Below, one piece after another: positions 17,130 through 25,792 of a DNA stretch of 64,000 nucleotides. How positions within the stretch are numbered: position 1 is the first letter of the stretch; the number at the start of each line of letters is the position of its first letter. Position numbers and translations under genes: made by a program. The notes beneath the pieces were generated by a model that saw only the letters and a program-made list of their open reading frames with translations, did not search any database and was not told the origin of the DNA. Location: the NCBI GenBank assembly GCA_947259585.1, contig CAMYMV010000006.1:18025-82024 (forward strand). The letters run 5' to 3'. This DNA comes from an uncultured Gemmatimonadales bacterium. Lineage in GTDB: Bacteria > Gemmatimonadota > Gemmatimonadetes > Palauibacterales > Palauibacteraceae.

Positions 17130-19381
17130 CAGAACGCCTGGCCGATCGCGAAGTGCACCCTCAGCCTCCTGAAGAACTCCTTGAACAAGCTGGGTTCGTC
17201 GAAGCCCACCGGGTCGTAGACCACGGGAAGCGGAACCTGGGAGAGCGAGCCGTCCTCCAGCTCGGCCACCACTTCGCGCAGGCGCGGACCCTGTGTGTTG
17301 TACCCGAGGTCCAGCCGTATGGGCCCTATCGGACTGGAGAACCGGACTCCAGCGCCCGGCGTGAACGACGGCCTTTCCAGCGTGGTCACGTCGTTGTAGA
17401 CATCGCCCCAGTCCAGGAAACCGACCAGCTGCCAGCGGCGAGTGAGATAGTAGCGGAACTCGAAGCTGCCCTCGATCATCCCGTTCCCGCCCTTCGGGCG
17501 CTCATCGAAATCGTTGGCCGCCGTGTCCGCCAGGGCGATCGCGCACTGCTGGAGCGGCGTGTCCGCGCACTGGGTAACCGAGTCCATGACGAGCACCGTG
17601 GGCCCGAGCAGGTTCTGCCGGTACCCTCGTACGCTGTTCGCCCCACCGCCGTAAAACCTCTTGGCCGGGTTCACGATCTCGTCGCTTGCGGCCTGTCCGT
17701 CCGATCCGAAGATGATGCTCTGGGAGGGCTCGACGACGCCGCCCCTCAGATGGAAGGCGAACACCCACTGCGGGCTCAGCTTCTGGTAGGCGGCCAGATC
17801 GAGCGCGAAACGCACGTAGCGGTACTCGGAGCCCGTAAAGGAAGCGGCGAACTCCGCCTGCGGCGTGACCCGGTAGCCGCGGGTCGGGTTGAAGCGGGTA
17901 TCGGTGCGGTCGTAGACGAACGTCGCGACGATCGGAGAGAGCCAGCGCGGCTCGGTGAGCACTTCGATGTCGTCGGGATCGCAGATCCCGAAGCTGGCGC
18001 AGAAGAAGATGTCCGTGGACTTCGGATCGAAGGACGTCAGCTGGGGCCGGTATGAATAGGTAGTCGTGAGCCGGGGATTGATCCGTCGACTGATGCCGAT
18101 CGCGGCACCCACGCTCGTGCTCACGAAGATGTTCGGAACGCTCTCGCGCTCGAAGAAGACCTCGCCCAGGAGCCGGTTCTTCTCCGAGATGAAGTACGGT
18201 TGATCGAAGTCCGCGCTGGCCCGCCAGGTGAACTGCTGGAAGACCGGGTCGTTGCCCACGTCACTGCATGGGAAGCCCCCCTTGAGCGCTTCCGCCCCGA
18301 TGTTGCCCACTCGGCCGGAGAGCGTGAGCAACCGTCCCTCGCCCAGGAAGTTACGGTGTGAGAAATCACCCTCCAGGACCCCGCATTCGGTCGTGCTGAG
18401 GCCGGCGCCCGTGCGGAAGGCGTTCAGGTTTGCCTCCGTCACCGTCACTGTAACGTCCACGAGGGTATCGACATCCTCCCGCTGAGTCGCCTCTATGCTG
18501 GCGAAGCGGAAGGCCGCCACATCCAGCAGACTGAGCTGGCTATCGCGGATCTTCTGCTCGCTGTAGTACTCACCGGTGCGAAAGGCGAGGAACTGTCGGG
18601 CGAGAGACTCCTCCACCTTCTCGGTCCCCTGGATCGATATGGAGCCGATGCGCGCGCGGTCACCGGCCATCACGGTGATCGTCACATCGGCTTCCAGCTC
18701 CTCGCGCGGAATGAAGTACTCGGACAGCACGGCCGCGCCGACGAACCCGATGTTGAGCAGACGGTTTTCGATCTCCTGCTTGCCGCGTTGGAGCTCGAGA
18801 ACGTCGAACGGATCACCCTCCTCGAGCGGGAAGCCTTCCAGGAGCCCGACGGTGTCGGAGAGCTCGGAGAGACCCTCGAAGCTGAGCGATCTGACCCGCG
18901 TGGGGGCTTGCTCATCGATCAGGAAGGTGACGTGGACCTTCGCATCCTTCGCATCCTCTGCATCCTCTGCCCCTGCATCCTCTGAATCCTCTGCCCCTGC
19001 ATCCTCTGAATCCTCTGAATCGTCGCGGCCACTCTCGACGAGGGTGTCCACGACGACCTGGCGGTAACCCCGCTGCCGGTAGAAGACGCGAAGCCGGAGC
19101 ATGTCGAGCGGAAGCTCCTTCGCGTTGAGGTTCCGCCGGTTGTGTGCGATCCCCCAGTCGGTGAACGGACAGAGCGGGATGGGCGCCACGAAGAGAAAGG
19201 TCTTGCAGGAGGTGGCCTTGTTGACGATGGCAGCCGCAAGCTCCTTGTCGGAGAACGCTTCGTTCCCCTCGAAGCTGAGCTTGGCCAGCTCCCGCTCGGG
19301 AGGCGCCTGTGCACGAAGTTGAGCCGGCGCGAGAAGGAGCGGGACCGCCACCAGGAGAGCGCGCGACTTCACGCCGATCAC
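17129..19381 (-). CDS. Omp85-family outer membrane protein (TamA/BamA-like) with POTRA domains and C-terminal beta-barrel
   Basis: POTRA-like segments (e.g. ITVMAGDRARIGSISIQGTEKV) and a bacterial surface antigen (D15) barrel are present. Start is re-called to the GTG at 19381. This gives the signal peptide M-IGVKSRALLVAVPLLLAPAQLRAQA. The GTG overlaps the TGA of the upstream small ORF (GTGA). The track start at 19618 adds 79 Arg/Gly-rich residues with no signal peptide. Confidence 0.75.
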   Translation of the reverse strand: MIGVKSRALLVAVPLLLAPAQLRAQAPPERELAKLSFEGNEAFSDKELAAAIVNKATSCKTFLFVAPIPLCPFTDWGIAHNRRNLNAKELPLDMLRLRVFYRQRGYRQVVVDTLVESGRDDSEDSEDAGAEDSEDAGAEDAEDAKDAKVHVTFLIDEQAPTRVRSLSFEGLSELSDTVGLLEGFPLEEGDPFDVLELQRGKQEIENRLLNIGFVGAAVLSEYFIPREELEADVTITVMAGDRARIGSISIQGTEKVEESLARQFLAFRTGEYYSEQKIRDSQLSLLDVAAFRFASIEATQREDVDTLVDVTVTVTEANLNAFRTGAGLSTTECGVLEGDFSHRNFLGEGRLLTLSGRVGNIGAEALKGGFPCSDVGNDPVFQQFTWRASADFDQPYFISEKNRLLGEVFFERESVPNIFVSTSVGAAIGISRRINPRLTTTYSYRPQLTSFDPKSTDIFFCASFGICDPDDIEVLTEPRWLSPIVATFVYDRTDTRFNPTRGYRVTPQAEFAASFTGSEYRYVRFALDLAAYQKLSPQWVFAFHLRGGVVEPSQSIIFGSDGQAASDEIVNPAKRFYGGGANSVRGYRQNLLGPTVLVMDSVTQCADTPLQQCAIALADTAANDFDERPKGGNGMIEGSFEFRYYLTRRWQLVGFLDWGDVYNDVTTLERPSFTPGAGVRFSSPIGPIRLDLGYNTQGPRLREVVAELEDGSLSQVPLPVVYDPVGFDEPSLFKEFFRRLRVHFAIGQAF
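18935..19020 (-). repeat. Nested 9/24-bp tandem repeat encoding an acidic (DSEDAGAE)n insertion in the Omp85 protein
   Basis: The plus strand carries repeated GCATCCTCT / GAATCCTCT / GCCCCT units. The protein segment is DSEDSEDAGAEDSEDAGAEDAEDAKDAK. The unit is in-frame, giving VNTR-like low complexity. Confidence 0.5.
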
Positions 19382-19656
19382 CGCGGCGGGCGTTCCGCTC
19401 CCTCGGCTTCTGATTCGGCGTCCGGTCCGGGGACCTCGAGCTCGGCCTCCGTCTCCGGGACCTCGAGCTCGGCCACTGGCCCGCCGACCTCGAGCGCGGC
19501 CTCTGGCTTCGCCGGCCCCGGCGGACCCTCGGACAGGGGCTCTCGCTGCATCCAGATCCGGGCCAGATAGAAGGTGGCCGCTCCTACGGCTGCGCCAAGG
19601 GCACCCGCGAGCGCCCACTCCGCGTCCGTCATGTCCCGCCGCCGGTAGTACGTCAC
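19378..19656 (-). CDS. Small membrane protein (92 aa) with one TM helix and Pro/Glu-rich repetitive tail
   Basis: GTG at 19656 has GGAG 8 nt upstream. It lies 3 nt after the TGA of the upstream phosphoesterase gene. The TM helix is WALAGALGAAVGAATFYLARIW. The tail is PEAALEVGGPVAELEVPETEAELEVPGPDAESEAEG. Its TGA overlaps the GTG start of the Omp85 gene. An alternative reading of the same DNA is the Omp85 N-terminal extension. Confidence 0.45.
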   Translation of the reverse strand: MTYYRRRDMTDAEWALAGALGAAVGAATFYLARIWMQREPLSEGPPGPAKPEAALEVGGPVAELEVPETEAELEVPGPDAESEAEGAERPPR

Positions 19657-19659
19657 GTG

Positions 19660-20556
19660 TCAGCTCCGATCTCGACTCGAGAGAATCTTCGCCTCGTTCG
19701 CCTCCCCGCCGGCGGTCTCCGCGCCGTCACCCCGCTCCAGCCACGCCGAATCGCGCGAGCCGAAGCGATGCTCGCTGTGGGGCCGGAAACGCCGCTCCAC
19801 ATCGCACCAAAGGTAATGCCTCACGACGATTCGCTCCCGGTCCGCCTCGATCCAGTTCAGGCTGTTCTTGAGCCTCTCCCTGCCCCGGCCTCGCGAGGAG
19901 GTGGTCGTGCCGCACTGAACGATCACGATCCCCGTCTCGCGCCTCTCGCCGGGAAAGAAGTCCAGCGAGTCGCCGATGTAGGCGCGATGCAGGTGTCCGG
20001 CAAGCACGAGGTCCACCCCGATATCTGTAAAGACCCTCAGAGCCCTCCGAGCGCCACTCATCACGCGGTCGTGCTCAAAATCGGGCGGCGGAGCGAGGTG
20101 GTGATGGGTGACGACCACGCGCAGATCCGAGTCGGGGGCATCGGCGAAGGCCCGGCGAGCAAACTCCAGCTGCCCGCGGCGAAGCTTCCCGTTCGTGGGA
20201 CGGGCGGGCCTCGTGGAATCGAGCGCCACTATCGTCAGGGACTCGAACCGGTAGACCTCGTTCAGGGTGTCGCGGAGGTGCCTGCGGTAGAGCGCGTGAG
20301 GCGAGAACATGCGCTCCCAGACCCGATAGAGCGGGACGTCGTGGTTGCCCGGCGTGACGACGATCGGGAGGTCGAAGCCGCGCAGGTATTCGGCGGCGGC
20401 CTCGAACTGTTGCCGCTTCGCCCGCTGGGTGAAGTCGCCGCTCGCCACGAGAAGGTCAGGCTTCGCGAGACCGGCCAGCTCCCTGACGGCGGCGGCACGG
20501 TCCGGAAGAAAAGGCGGGCCGAAGTGGATATCCGAGACGTGGAGGATGCTCGGCAT
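19660..20556 (-). CDS. Calcineurin-like metallophosphoesterase
   Basis: The N-terminus from ATG 20556 reads MPSILHVSDIHFGPPF. The motifs GDFTQ ... GNHD are present. This start lies 12 nt after the lgt stop. The track start at 20808 adds 84 aa overlapping lgt. Confidence 0.7.
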   Translation of the reverse strand: MPSILHVSDIHFGPPFLPDRAAAVRELAGLAKPDLLVASGDFTQRAKRQQFEAAAEYLRGFDLPIVVTPGNHDVPLYRVWERMFSPHALYRRHLRDTLNEVYRFESLTIVALDSTRPARPTNGKLRRGQLEFARRAFADAPDSDLRVVVTHHHLAPPPDFEHDRVMSGARRALRVFTDIGVDLVLAGHLHRAYIGDSLDFFPGERRETGIVIVQCGTTTSSRGRGRERLKNSLNWIEADRERIVVRHYLWCDVERRFRPHSEHRFGSRDSAWLERGDGAETAGGEANEAKILSSRDRS

Positions 20557-20567
20557 GGCGGATCGAC

Positions 20568-21458
20568 TCAGGCCCCCGACTCTGCCGGCCGTTCCCGAAG
20601 CCCGGCGGAGTCGTCCGCGCTCACCTCCGTCGGGTCCGGCCGCGGTCGGCTGCGGCTGGCAACCAGGTACACACCCACGAGAAGAACCAGGACGCTGATG
20701 GACTGCGCGAGCGTGAACGGACCGAGGAAGCGATCGTCCTTCGCCCGGAGGAACTCGACCAGGAAGCGCTCGGCCGAGGCGAGGATCATCCAGACGCCGA
20801 AGAGCCATCCGGCGGCGTGCGGCCTCTTCCTCAGCTTCCAGAGCACCAGGAAGATCAGGAAGAGCAGGGCGCTCTCGTAGAGCTGCGTCGGGTGGACCTC
20901 CAGCACGGCCGAGTCGGGTATGTCGGCGGGAACGTCGGCTCCGAAGTCCCGTCTGAGGTTTCCGGCCGTCGTCGGCGGGTAGCCGTCCGGAAAAGCGACC
21001 CCGACCCAGGAGTCGGTGGGACGGCCGTAGTCATCCCCCACCATGAAGCAGCCGATCCGTCCGATCGAGTGGGCGAGCGCGAGGCCGGGGGCCGCCACGT
21101 CCGTGACGTGCAGGAAGGACTGGCCGCGCCACCTGACCACCAGGGCGACGGCGAGCGTCCCGCCGATCAGTCCCCCGTACCAGACGAGGCCGGAGCGCGA
21201 GAAGATCGCGGCCGCGGGGTCGGCAAAGGTCCGATCCCAGGTCAGCAGCAGGTAATAGACCTTGGCTCCTATCATCCCGCCGACCAGCGTCGCGAGGAGG
21301 ATGTCGCCGGCGAGATCGGTGGGCTCCCCCAGCTCCCTGAGACGGACGCGAATCGTCTGATAGCCCGCCAGGAAGGCTATCGCCAGAAAGACGCCGAATG
21401 AGGTGATCGTCAGCTCCCCCACGAGGGGCAGGTTCACGCGGAAGAGCTCCGGAAGCAT
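20568..21458 (-). CDS. lgt: Prolipoprotein diacylglyceryl transferase
   Basis: Multi-TM protein carrying the Lgt signature G(R/I)GCFMVGDDYGRPT and YGG near the conserved region. Confidence 0.9.
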   Translation of the reverse strand: MLPELFRVNLPLVGELTITSFGVFLAIAFLAGYQTIRVRLRELGEPTDLAGDILLATLVGGMIGAKVYYLLLTWDRTFADPAAAIFSRSGLVWYGGLIGGTLAVALVVRWRGQSFLHVTDVAAPGLALAHSIGRIGCFMVGDDYGRPTDSWVGVAFPDGYPPTTAGNLRRDFGADVPADIPDSAVLEVHPTQLYESALLFLIFLVLWKLRKRPHAAGWLFGVWMILASAERFLVEFLRAKDDRFLGPFTLAQSISVLVLLVGVYLVASRSRPRPDPTEVSADDSAGLRERPAESGA

Positions 21459-21459
21459 G

Positions 21460-22518
21460 TCAGGCGTCCTTCGAGATACCGGGAAACGGAAGCGACGGAT
21501 CGGCGCTCAAGTCGAGGCCGTCTCGCTCGCCCGCGGCCAATCGGTGCTCCGCCAGTCTCGCCACCATCGCACCGTTGTCGGTGGCGAGCCGGGGCGTCGG
21601 AGCATAGAGCTCTCCGTCGGCGGAGAGTACCTCGGCGAGCCGCTCCCGCAGGGGGGCATTGCAGGCGACGCCTCCACCGATGATCACGCGGCGGCAGCCC
21701 GTCAGTTCAGTGGCGCGCAGCGTCTTCGTCACCAGCACCTCGATGACGGCCGCCTGGAACTCCGCCGCCAGGTCGTCGCGCGCTCGCTCCATAGCGCCCT
21801 CGCTCTCTTCCTCGATCTCCGCCACGAGCAGCGAAAGGGCGGTCTTGAGGCCGCTGAACGAGAAATCGAACCAGGCAGGATCGTCGGGCCCGGCCGCGGT
21901 CGACAGCATCGGCCGCGGTAGCGAGTAGCGCCCGGGCCGGCCTCGCGCCGCCGCGCGCTGGATCTCGGGCCCTCCTGGATACCCCAGGCCGAGGCGGCGG
22001 GCCACCTTGTCGAATGCCTCGCCGGCCGCGTCATCACGCGTCTGACCCAGCAGCGCGTACCTACCCCACTCCGGCACCCAGAGAAGCAGCGTGTGCCCCC
22101 CGCTCACGAGGAGCGCCACGAAGGGGGGCTCGGCCTCGGGGCGCTCGAGCGAGTTGGCGAACAGGTGCGCCTCCATGTGGTGGATCCCGACGATCGGAAG
22201 GTCCTGGTCGAACGCGAGGGCCTTGGCCCAGTTGACCCCGACGAGAAGGCAGCCGATCAGGCCGGGGCCGGTCGTCACGCCGACACCCGCCAACAGATCC
22301 GCCGACATTCCCGCCTCCTCCAGCGCGGCTTCGACGACCCGGTCCAGCTGACGGATGTGAGCACGGGCCGCGATCTCCGGCACGACCCCGCCGAAGGCGC
22401 CGTGCACATCCTGGGAGGCGACGACGTGACCGCGGATCGTCCCGGCCTCGACGATCCCCGCAGATGTCTCATCGCACGAGGTCTCGATCCCGAGGACGGG
22501 ACCGCTTTTCCAGGTCAC
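21460..22518 (-). CDS. tsaD: tRNA N6-adenosine threonylcarbamoyltransferase TsaD (Kae1/YgjD)
   Basis: LGIETSCDETSAGIV start, with the HMEAHL metal-binding motif and the GGVACN motif. Confidence 0.9.
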   Translation of the reverse strand: MTWKSGPVLGIETSCDETSAGIVEAGTIRGHVVASQDVHGAFGGVVPEIAARAHIRQLDRVVEAALEEAGMSADLLAGVGVTTGPGLIGCLLVGVNWAKALAFDQDLPIVGIHHMEAHLFANSLERPEAEPPFVALLVSGGHTLLLWVPEWGRYALLGQTRDDAAGEAFDKVARRLGLGYPGGPEIQRAAARGRPGRYSLPRPMLSTAAGPDDPAWFDFSFSGLKTALSLLVAEIEEESEGAMERARDDLAAEFQAAVIEVLVTKTLRATELTGCRRVIIGGGVACNAPLRERLAEVLSADGELYAPTPRLATDNGAMVARLAEHRLAAGERDGLDLSADPSLPFPGISKDA

Positions 22519-23564
22519 GTCCGCCGGTCCGGCCCCCTGGAGGGATCGCTAGCCGGCCCGCCGCCTTCGTCCGCCGATCCCTGGTCCAGAGGCGGCAGCG
22601 AGTCGGCAGGCGTCGAATCGGGAACCTCGGGCTCGGGTGCGAGCGGCGAGACGAGCACGCGCACCGACTGGACCACATCGGCCTCCGACCCCTCTGGCAG
22701 GCCTAGCTGAACGGTCAGCGTGACCGGTGTCTCGGGCACCGCGTCGACCCTGACCGTTGCCGTCAGCGAGCTGGCCGAGAGCGCGCGAACGGCCCGCGCC
22801 GGCCCTCGAAGGCGGACGGGCACGACCGCCTGCGCGAGCCGGACCTGGTCGGCGGCCCGTCCCGTCACCCGCAGCGGGACCTGGAGCGTGCGCTCCATCA
22901 GCGAGTCGGCCTCGATCGTGACCTGAACGCTGCGCGGTTCGACGCTGAGACGGGACGGATCGGCAGGAAGCTGAAGTACCAACCGGTACGTCTCGCTCCG
23001 GGTGACGTTGCGCAGCGAGAGCCGCTCCGTGCGGATCGAGGCCACCGTGTCCGCCACCGATTCGACGCCGCGCACGGTTACGGTCGGGGGGTCGATGATG
23101 GGCTCGCCGATGATCACGTAGCCGGGAGCGGGCGACGCCTCGATGACCGGCTCGACCTCGATCTCCCTCCTCACCCGCCGCTCGAAGCGCAGCTCCACGC
23201 TGGAGGGACGAACATCAGTGGCTCGCACGCTGAGCGCGCGATCGTACGAGACCATGTCCGGACGGAGGGAAACCTGCATCGTCGGCGACGTTACGCTGTC
23301 GACGACGTAGCGGATGCGGGGCGTCTCCAGGAAGAGCCGCTGCACGTCGCTGCGCCGCCCCTGGAATATCGTGGTGACCTCCGCGGGCAGCTGGATCGCC
23401 GCCCACGCGCTGTCCGTCACCTCGAACTCGAGGCGCGTGCGAACCTGCTCGTCGCGTCGCTCGCCGGCAGTCACGTTGAACCACAGCAGGACGGCCAGCA
23501 CGACGGCGGCCAGCTTGTAGCCCCAGTTGTCGAAGAACGCGGCCCTCCACCGGAATCGTCTAAT
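22515..23564 (-). CDS. YbbR-like domain protein (CdaR-like)
   Basis: The track ORF starts at GTG 23501, but the conserved YbbR N-terminus (I)RRFRWRAAFFDNWGYKLAAVVLAVLLWFNV continues in-frame upstream. There is no ATG/GTG/TTG in that stretch. The candidate start is ATT at 23562-23564, with GGGGGACGGG upstream. Three or four YbbR repeats follow. Confidence 0.55.
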   Translation of the reverse strand: MRRFRWRAAFFDNWGYKLAAVVLAVLLWFNVTAGERRDEQVRTRLEFEVTDSAWAAIQLPAEVTTIFQGRRSDVQRLFLETPRIRYVVDSVTSPTMQVSLRPDMVSYDRALSVRATDVRPSSVELRFERRVRREIEVEPVIEASPAPGYVIIGEPIIDPPTVTVRGVESVADTVASIRTERLSLRNVTRSETYRLVLQLPADPSRLSVEPRSVQVTIEADSLMERTLQVPLRVTGRAADQVRLAQAVVPVRLRGPARAVRALSASSLTATVRVDAVPETPVTLTVQLGLPEGSEADVVQSVRVLVSPLAPEPEVPDSTPADSLPPLDQGSADEGGGPASDPSRGPDRRT

Positions 23565-23584
23565 TGTCCCGTCCCCCTGGAATG

Positions 23585-24397
23585 CTAGTTTTCCCGTCCG
23601 CCCTGAATCATCTCGATCACGTCCGTCGGGCTGCCCGCAACGCGCACGGAGACCTCGCCGCCCTCCCGCAGCCCGAAACCGGGCGGCGGCGACTGGCCGA
23701 TGACGCGGCCCGGTGCGCCGAGCGAGGCAGGCTCGAAGGTCACCGTGCCGATCAGCAAGCCCAGGCGTGCGAGCAGCACCTCGACGTCGTCGAGATGGCG
23801 ACCTTCGAGATCGGGCACGGCCACCACCTCCCTCCCCTCGCTCACGACCAGCTGGACCTCCGAGGCCACGGGCAGCATCTCGCCCGCTTCGGGCTCGGTC
23901 CGGATTACCTCCCCTTTGCGCTGCTGAGATGCGGTCGTGCTGGTCGACGTGGAGAGGCCCAGCCGGCCGAGGACGAGGGCCGCCTGAGACTCGCTCAAGC
24001 CGGTCACGTCCGGAACCGCGACCCTCTCCGGCCCAAGGCTCAGGGTCGCCTGAATCTCTGTCTCGGGCAACGCGAACTGCCCCGGCAGCGGCAGCTGGGC
24101 AATCACGCTTCCCATCGGTTCATCCGGATGGTGGATCTCGCCCGTGACCCGAAAGGTCAGGCCGGCCGCCTCGGTCCCCTCGCCCGCGCGCTCGGCCGAC
24201 TCTCCGATCAGGTCGGGCACCACGATCAAGGCTTCGGGCGTGCGGTCCGGCGAAGAAAACACCACCGTCGCGGCGATCAGGTAGCCCGCGACGAGCGCCA
24301 CCGCACCGGCAGCGAGCGAGATGAGTCCCCTGCGAGTGGTCGTCCTGTCCATCTTCAGCTCGGGGCCGCCGAGGCCCTTCCGCCGCTCGAAGCTCAT
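23585..24397 (-). CDS. Membrane-anchored protein with three PASTA domains (no kinase or PBP domain)
   Basis: An N-terminal TM helix (LISLAAGAVALVAGYLIAATVVF) is followed by three repeats of the PASTA pattern VPDL.G.....A......GL. The ATG at 24397 is the third copy of a 23-nt tandem start repeat. Confidence 0.7.
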   Translation of the reverse strand: MSFERRKGLGGPELKMDRTTTRRGLISLAAGAVALVAGYLIAATVVFSSPDRTPEALIVVPDLIGESAERAGEGTEAAGLTFRVTGEIHHPDEPMGSVIAQLPLPGQFALPETEIQATLSLGPERVAVPDVTGLSESQAALVLGRLGLSTSTSTTASQQRKGEVIRTEPEAGEMLPVASEVQLVVSEGREVVAVPDLEGRHLDDVEVLLARLGLLIGTVTFEPASLGAPGRVIGQSPPPGFGLREGGEVSVRVAGSPTDVIEMIQGGREN

Positions 24398-24443
24398 GCC
24401 GTCTTCCGTACGAAACTCATGCCGTCCGCCACTCGAAGCTCAT
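24375..24443 (-). repeat. 23-nt tandem repeat x3 (ATGAGCTTCGAGYGGCGGAMGGS) forming two ATGA-coupled 8-codon mini-ORFs before the PASTA gene
   Basis: Minus strand: ATGAGCTTCGAGTGGCGGACGGC (24443-24421), ATGAGTTTCGTACGGAAGACGGC (24420-24398), ATGAGCTTCGAGCGGCGGAAGGG (24397-24375). These encode mini-ORFs MSFEWRTA* (24443..24417) and MSFVRKTA* (24420..24394). The rsmB TGA (24440-24442) overlaps ATG-1. Each mini-ORF TGA overlaps the next ATG. Confidence 0.8.
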
Positions 24444-25792
24444 GCCGCTCGCCGTAGTCTGACCGCGTAGCTGCCGTCCGTCTCCCGTTGCCAGGGCAGC
24501 ACCCGAAGCTCTCCCTCCGCCCCCAGAGCATCCGCCGGGAGCGCCGGGCGGCGTGGGGACGGACAGCGAGAGAAGTGCTCGTGTCGGCTCAGGAAATCGC
24601 TCACCTGTCCTTCGTTCTCCTCCGGCTCGAGCGAACAGGTCGCATAGAGGACAGTCCCTCCCGGCTCGACCAGTTCCGCCGCGGCGTCCAGAAGCTCGCG
24701 CTGCAACTTAACGAGACCCGCAAGGCGGTCGGGACCGAGCCGCCACCGAGCATCGGCTCGGCGTCTCAGTACGCCGGTCCCCGAGCAGGGCGCATCCAGC
24801 AGGACGGTTCGAGCAGCTCGGAACGGCGGCTTCCGGCCATCCGCCACCAGGGCCGGAAGATCGACGTCTCGAACGCGCGCGGCCTTCACAACCCTCATGA
24901 GGCGTTCCGGGCTTCGGTCCGCCGCGATCACGGACCCGCCTTCCCGGCTGGCGGCCAGGGCGATGCACTTGCCGCCCGGCGCGGCGCAGAGGTCGACCGA
25001 GAGACCACCTTCCAGTGGGCTCATGTACTCTACCACGGCCGATGCCGCAGGATCCTGAACGATGGCCGGGAGGCGCGCGAGCAGCTCCGTTGGATCTCCC
25101 TCGGTCAGCGCCCAGCAGCCCGGGAATCCCGGGATGGCCTCGAGCCGAGCGTCGGCGGTCGCTCGGTCGTCGGCCTCCCGCCTCCCGCCCTCGTCGCCGA
25201 GGGTGCGAAGCGTCACGCGCGGGGGCCGGTTGTCCAACTCGACGAGACGGGTCACCGTCTCGATCGGCCATCGCTCCAGCCAGCGCCGCACCAACCATTC
25301 GGGGTGCGAGCCATAGGTGGCGAAATGGGCGATCGGATCGGCCTCCGGAGCCGGAAAGAGGGCCGCCCGCTCTTCTTCGCCGAGGCGAGCCGCCGAGCGC
25401 AGCACGGCGTTGACGAACCCGACGGCGCGTGCGCCCGCCGTTGAGCGAAACGCCTCGATCGTCTCGTGCACGGCGGCGTGATCCGGGACACGGGTCTCGC
25501 GCAACTGGTAGAGGCCCAGTCGTAGCCAGAGCAGGACGGCCCGATCCAGGCGCTCGAGGGGGCGATCCACGAGGTGGAGGAGCTCGGCATCGAGGCGGGC
25601 ACGCAGGCGGATGGCGCCGTAGGCCAACTCGAGCGCCAGACCTCGCTCCAGGGGAGGCAGGTCCGCCATCCTTCGGTTGGCCGCGCGGTCAGCGTAAGCC
25701 CCCTGTTCGACGTCCTCCAGGACGCGGAAGGCGGCGACGCGAGGCAGTGTCAGCTCAGCATGCCCCCCAGCGGACTCGATGGAACCGCCCAC
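24440..25792 (-). CDS. rsmB: 16S rRNA (cytosine967-C5)-methyltransferase RsmB/Sun (NusB-like N-domain plus SAM MTase)
   Basis: The NusB-like region is ...GAYADRAANRRM. The MTase motifs are DLCAAPGGK and PCSGTG. The start at 25792 overlaps thiG by 43 nt. A later in-frame start is possible. Confidence 0.85.
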   Translation of the reverse strand: MGGSIESAGGHAELTLPRVAAFRVLEDVEQGAYADRAANRRMADLPPLERGLALELAYGAIRLRARLDAELLHLVDRPLERLDRAVLLWLRLGLYQLRETRVPDHAAVHETIEAFRSTAGARAVGFVNAVLRSAARLGEEERAALFPAPEADPIAHFATYGSHPEWLVRRWLERWPIETVTRLVELDNRPPRVTLRTLGDEGGRREADDRATADARLEAIPGFPGCWALTEGDPTELLARLPAIVQDPAASAVVEYMSPLEGGLSVDLCAAPGGKCIALAASREGGSVIAADRSPERLMRVVKAARVRDVDLPALVADGRKPPFRAARTVLLDAPCSGTGVLRRRADARWRLGPDRLAGLVKLQRELLDAAAELVEPGGTVLYATCSLEPEENEGQVSDFLSRHEHFSRCPSPRRPALPADALGAEGELRVLPWQRETDGSYAVRLRRAA

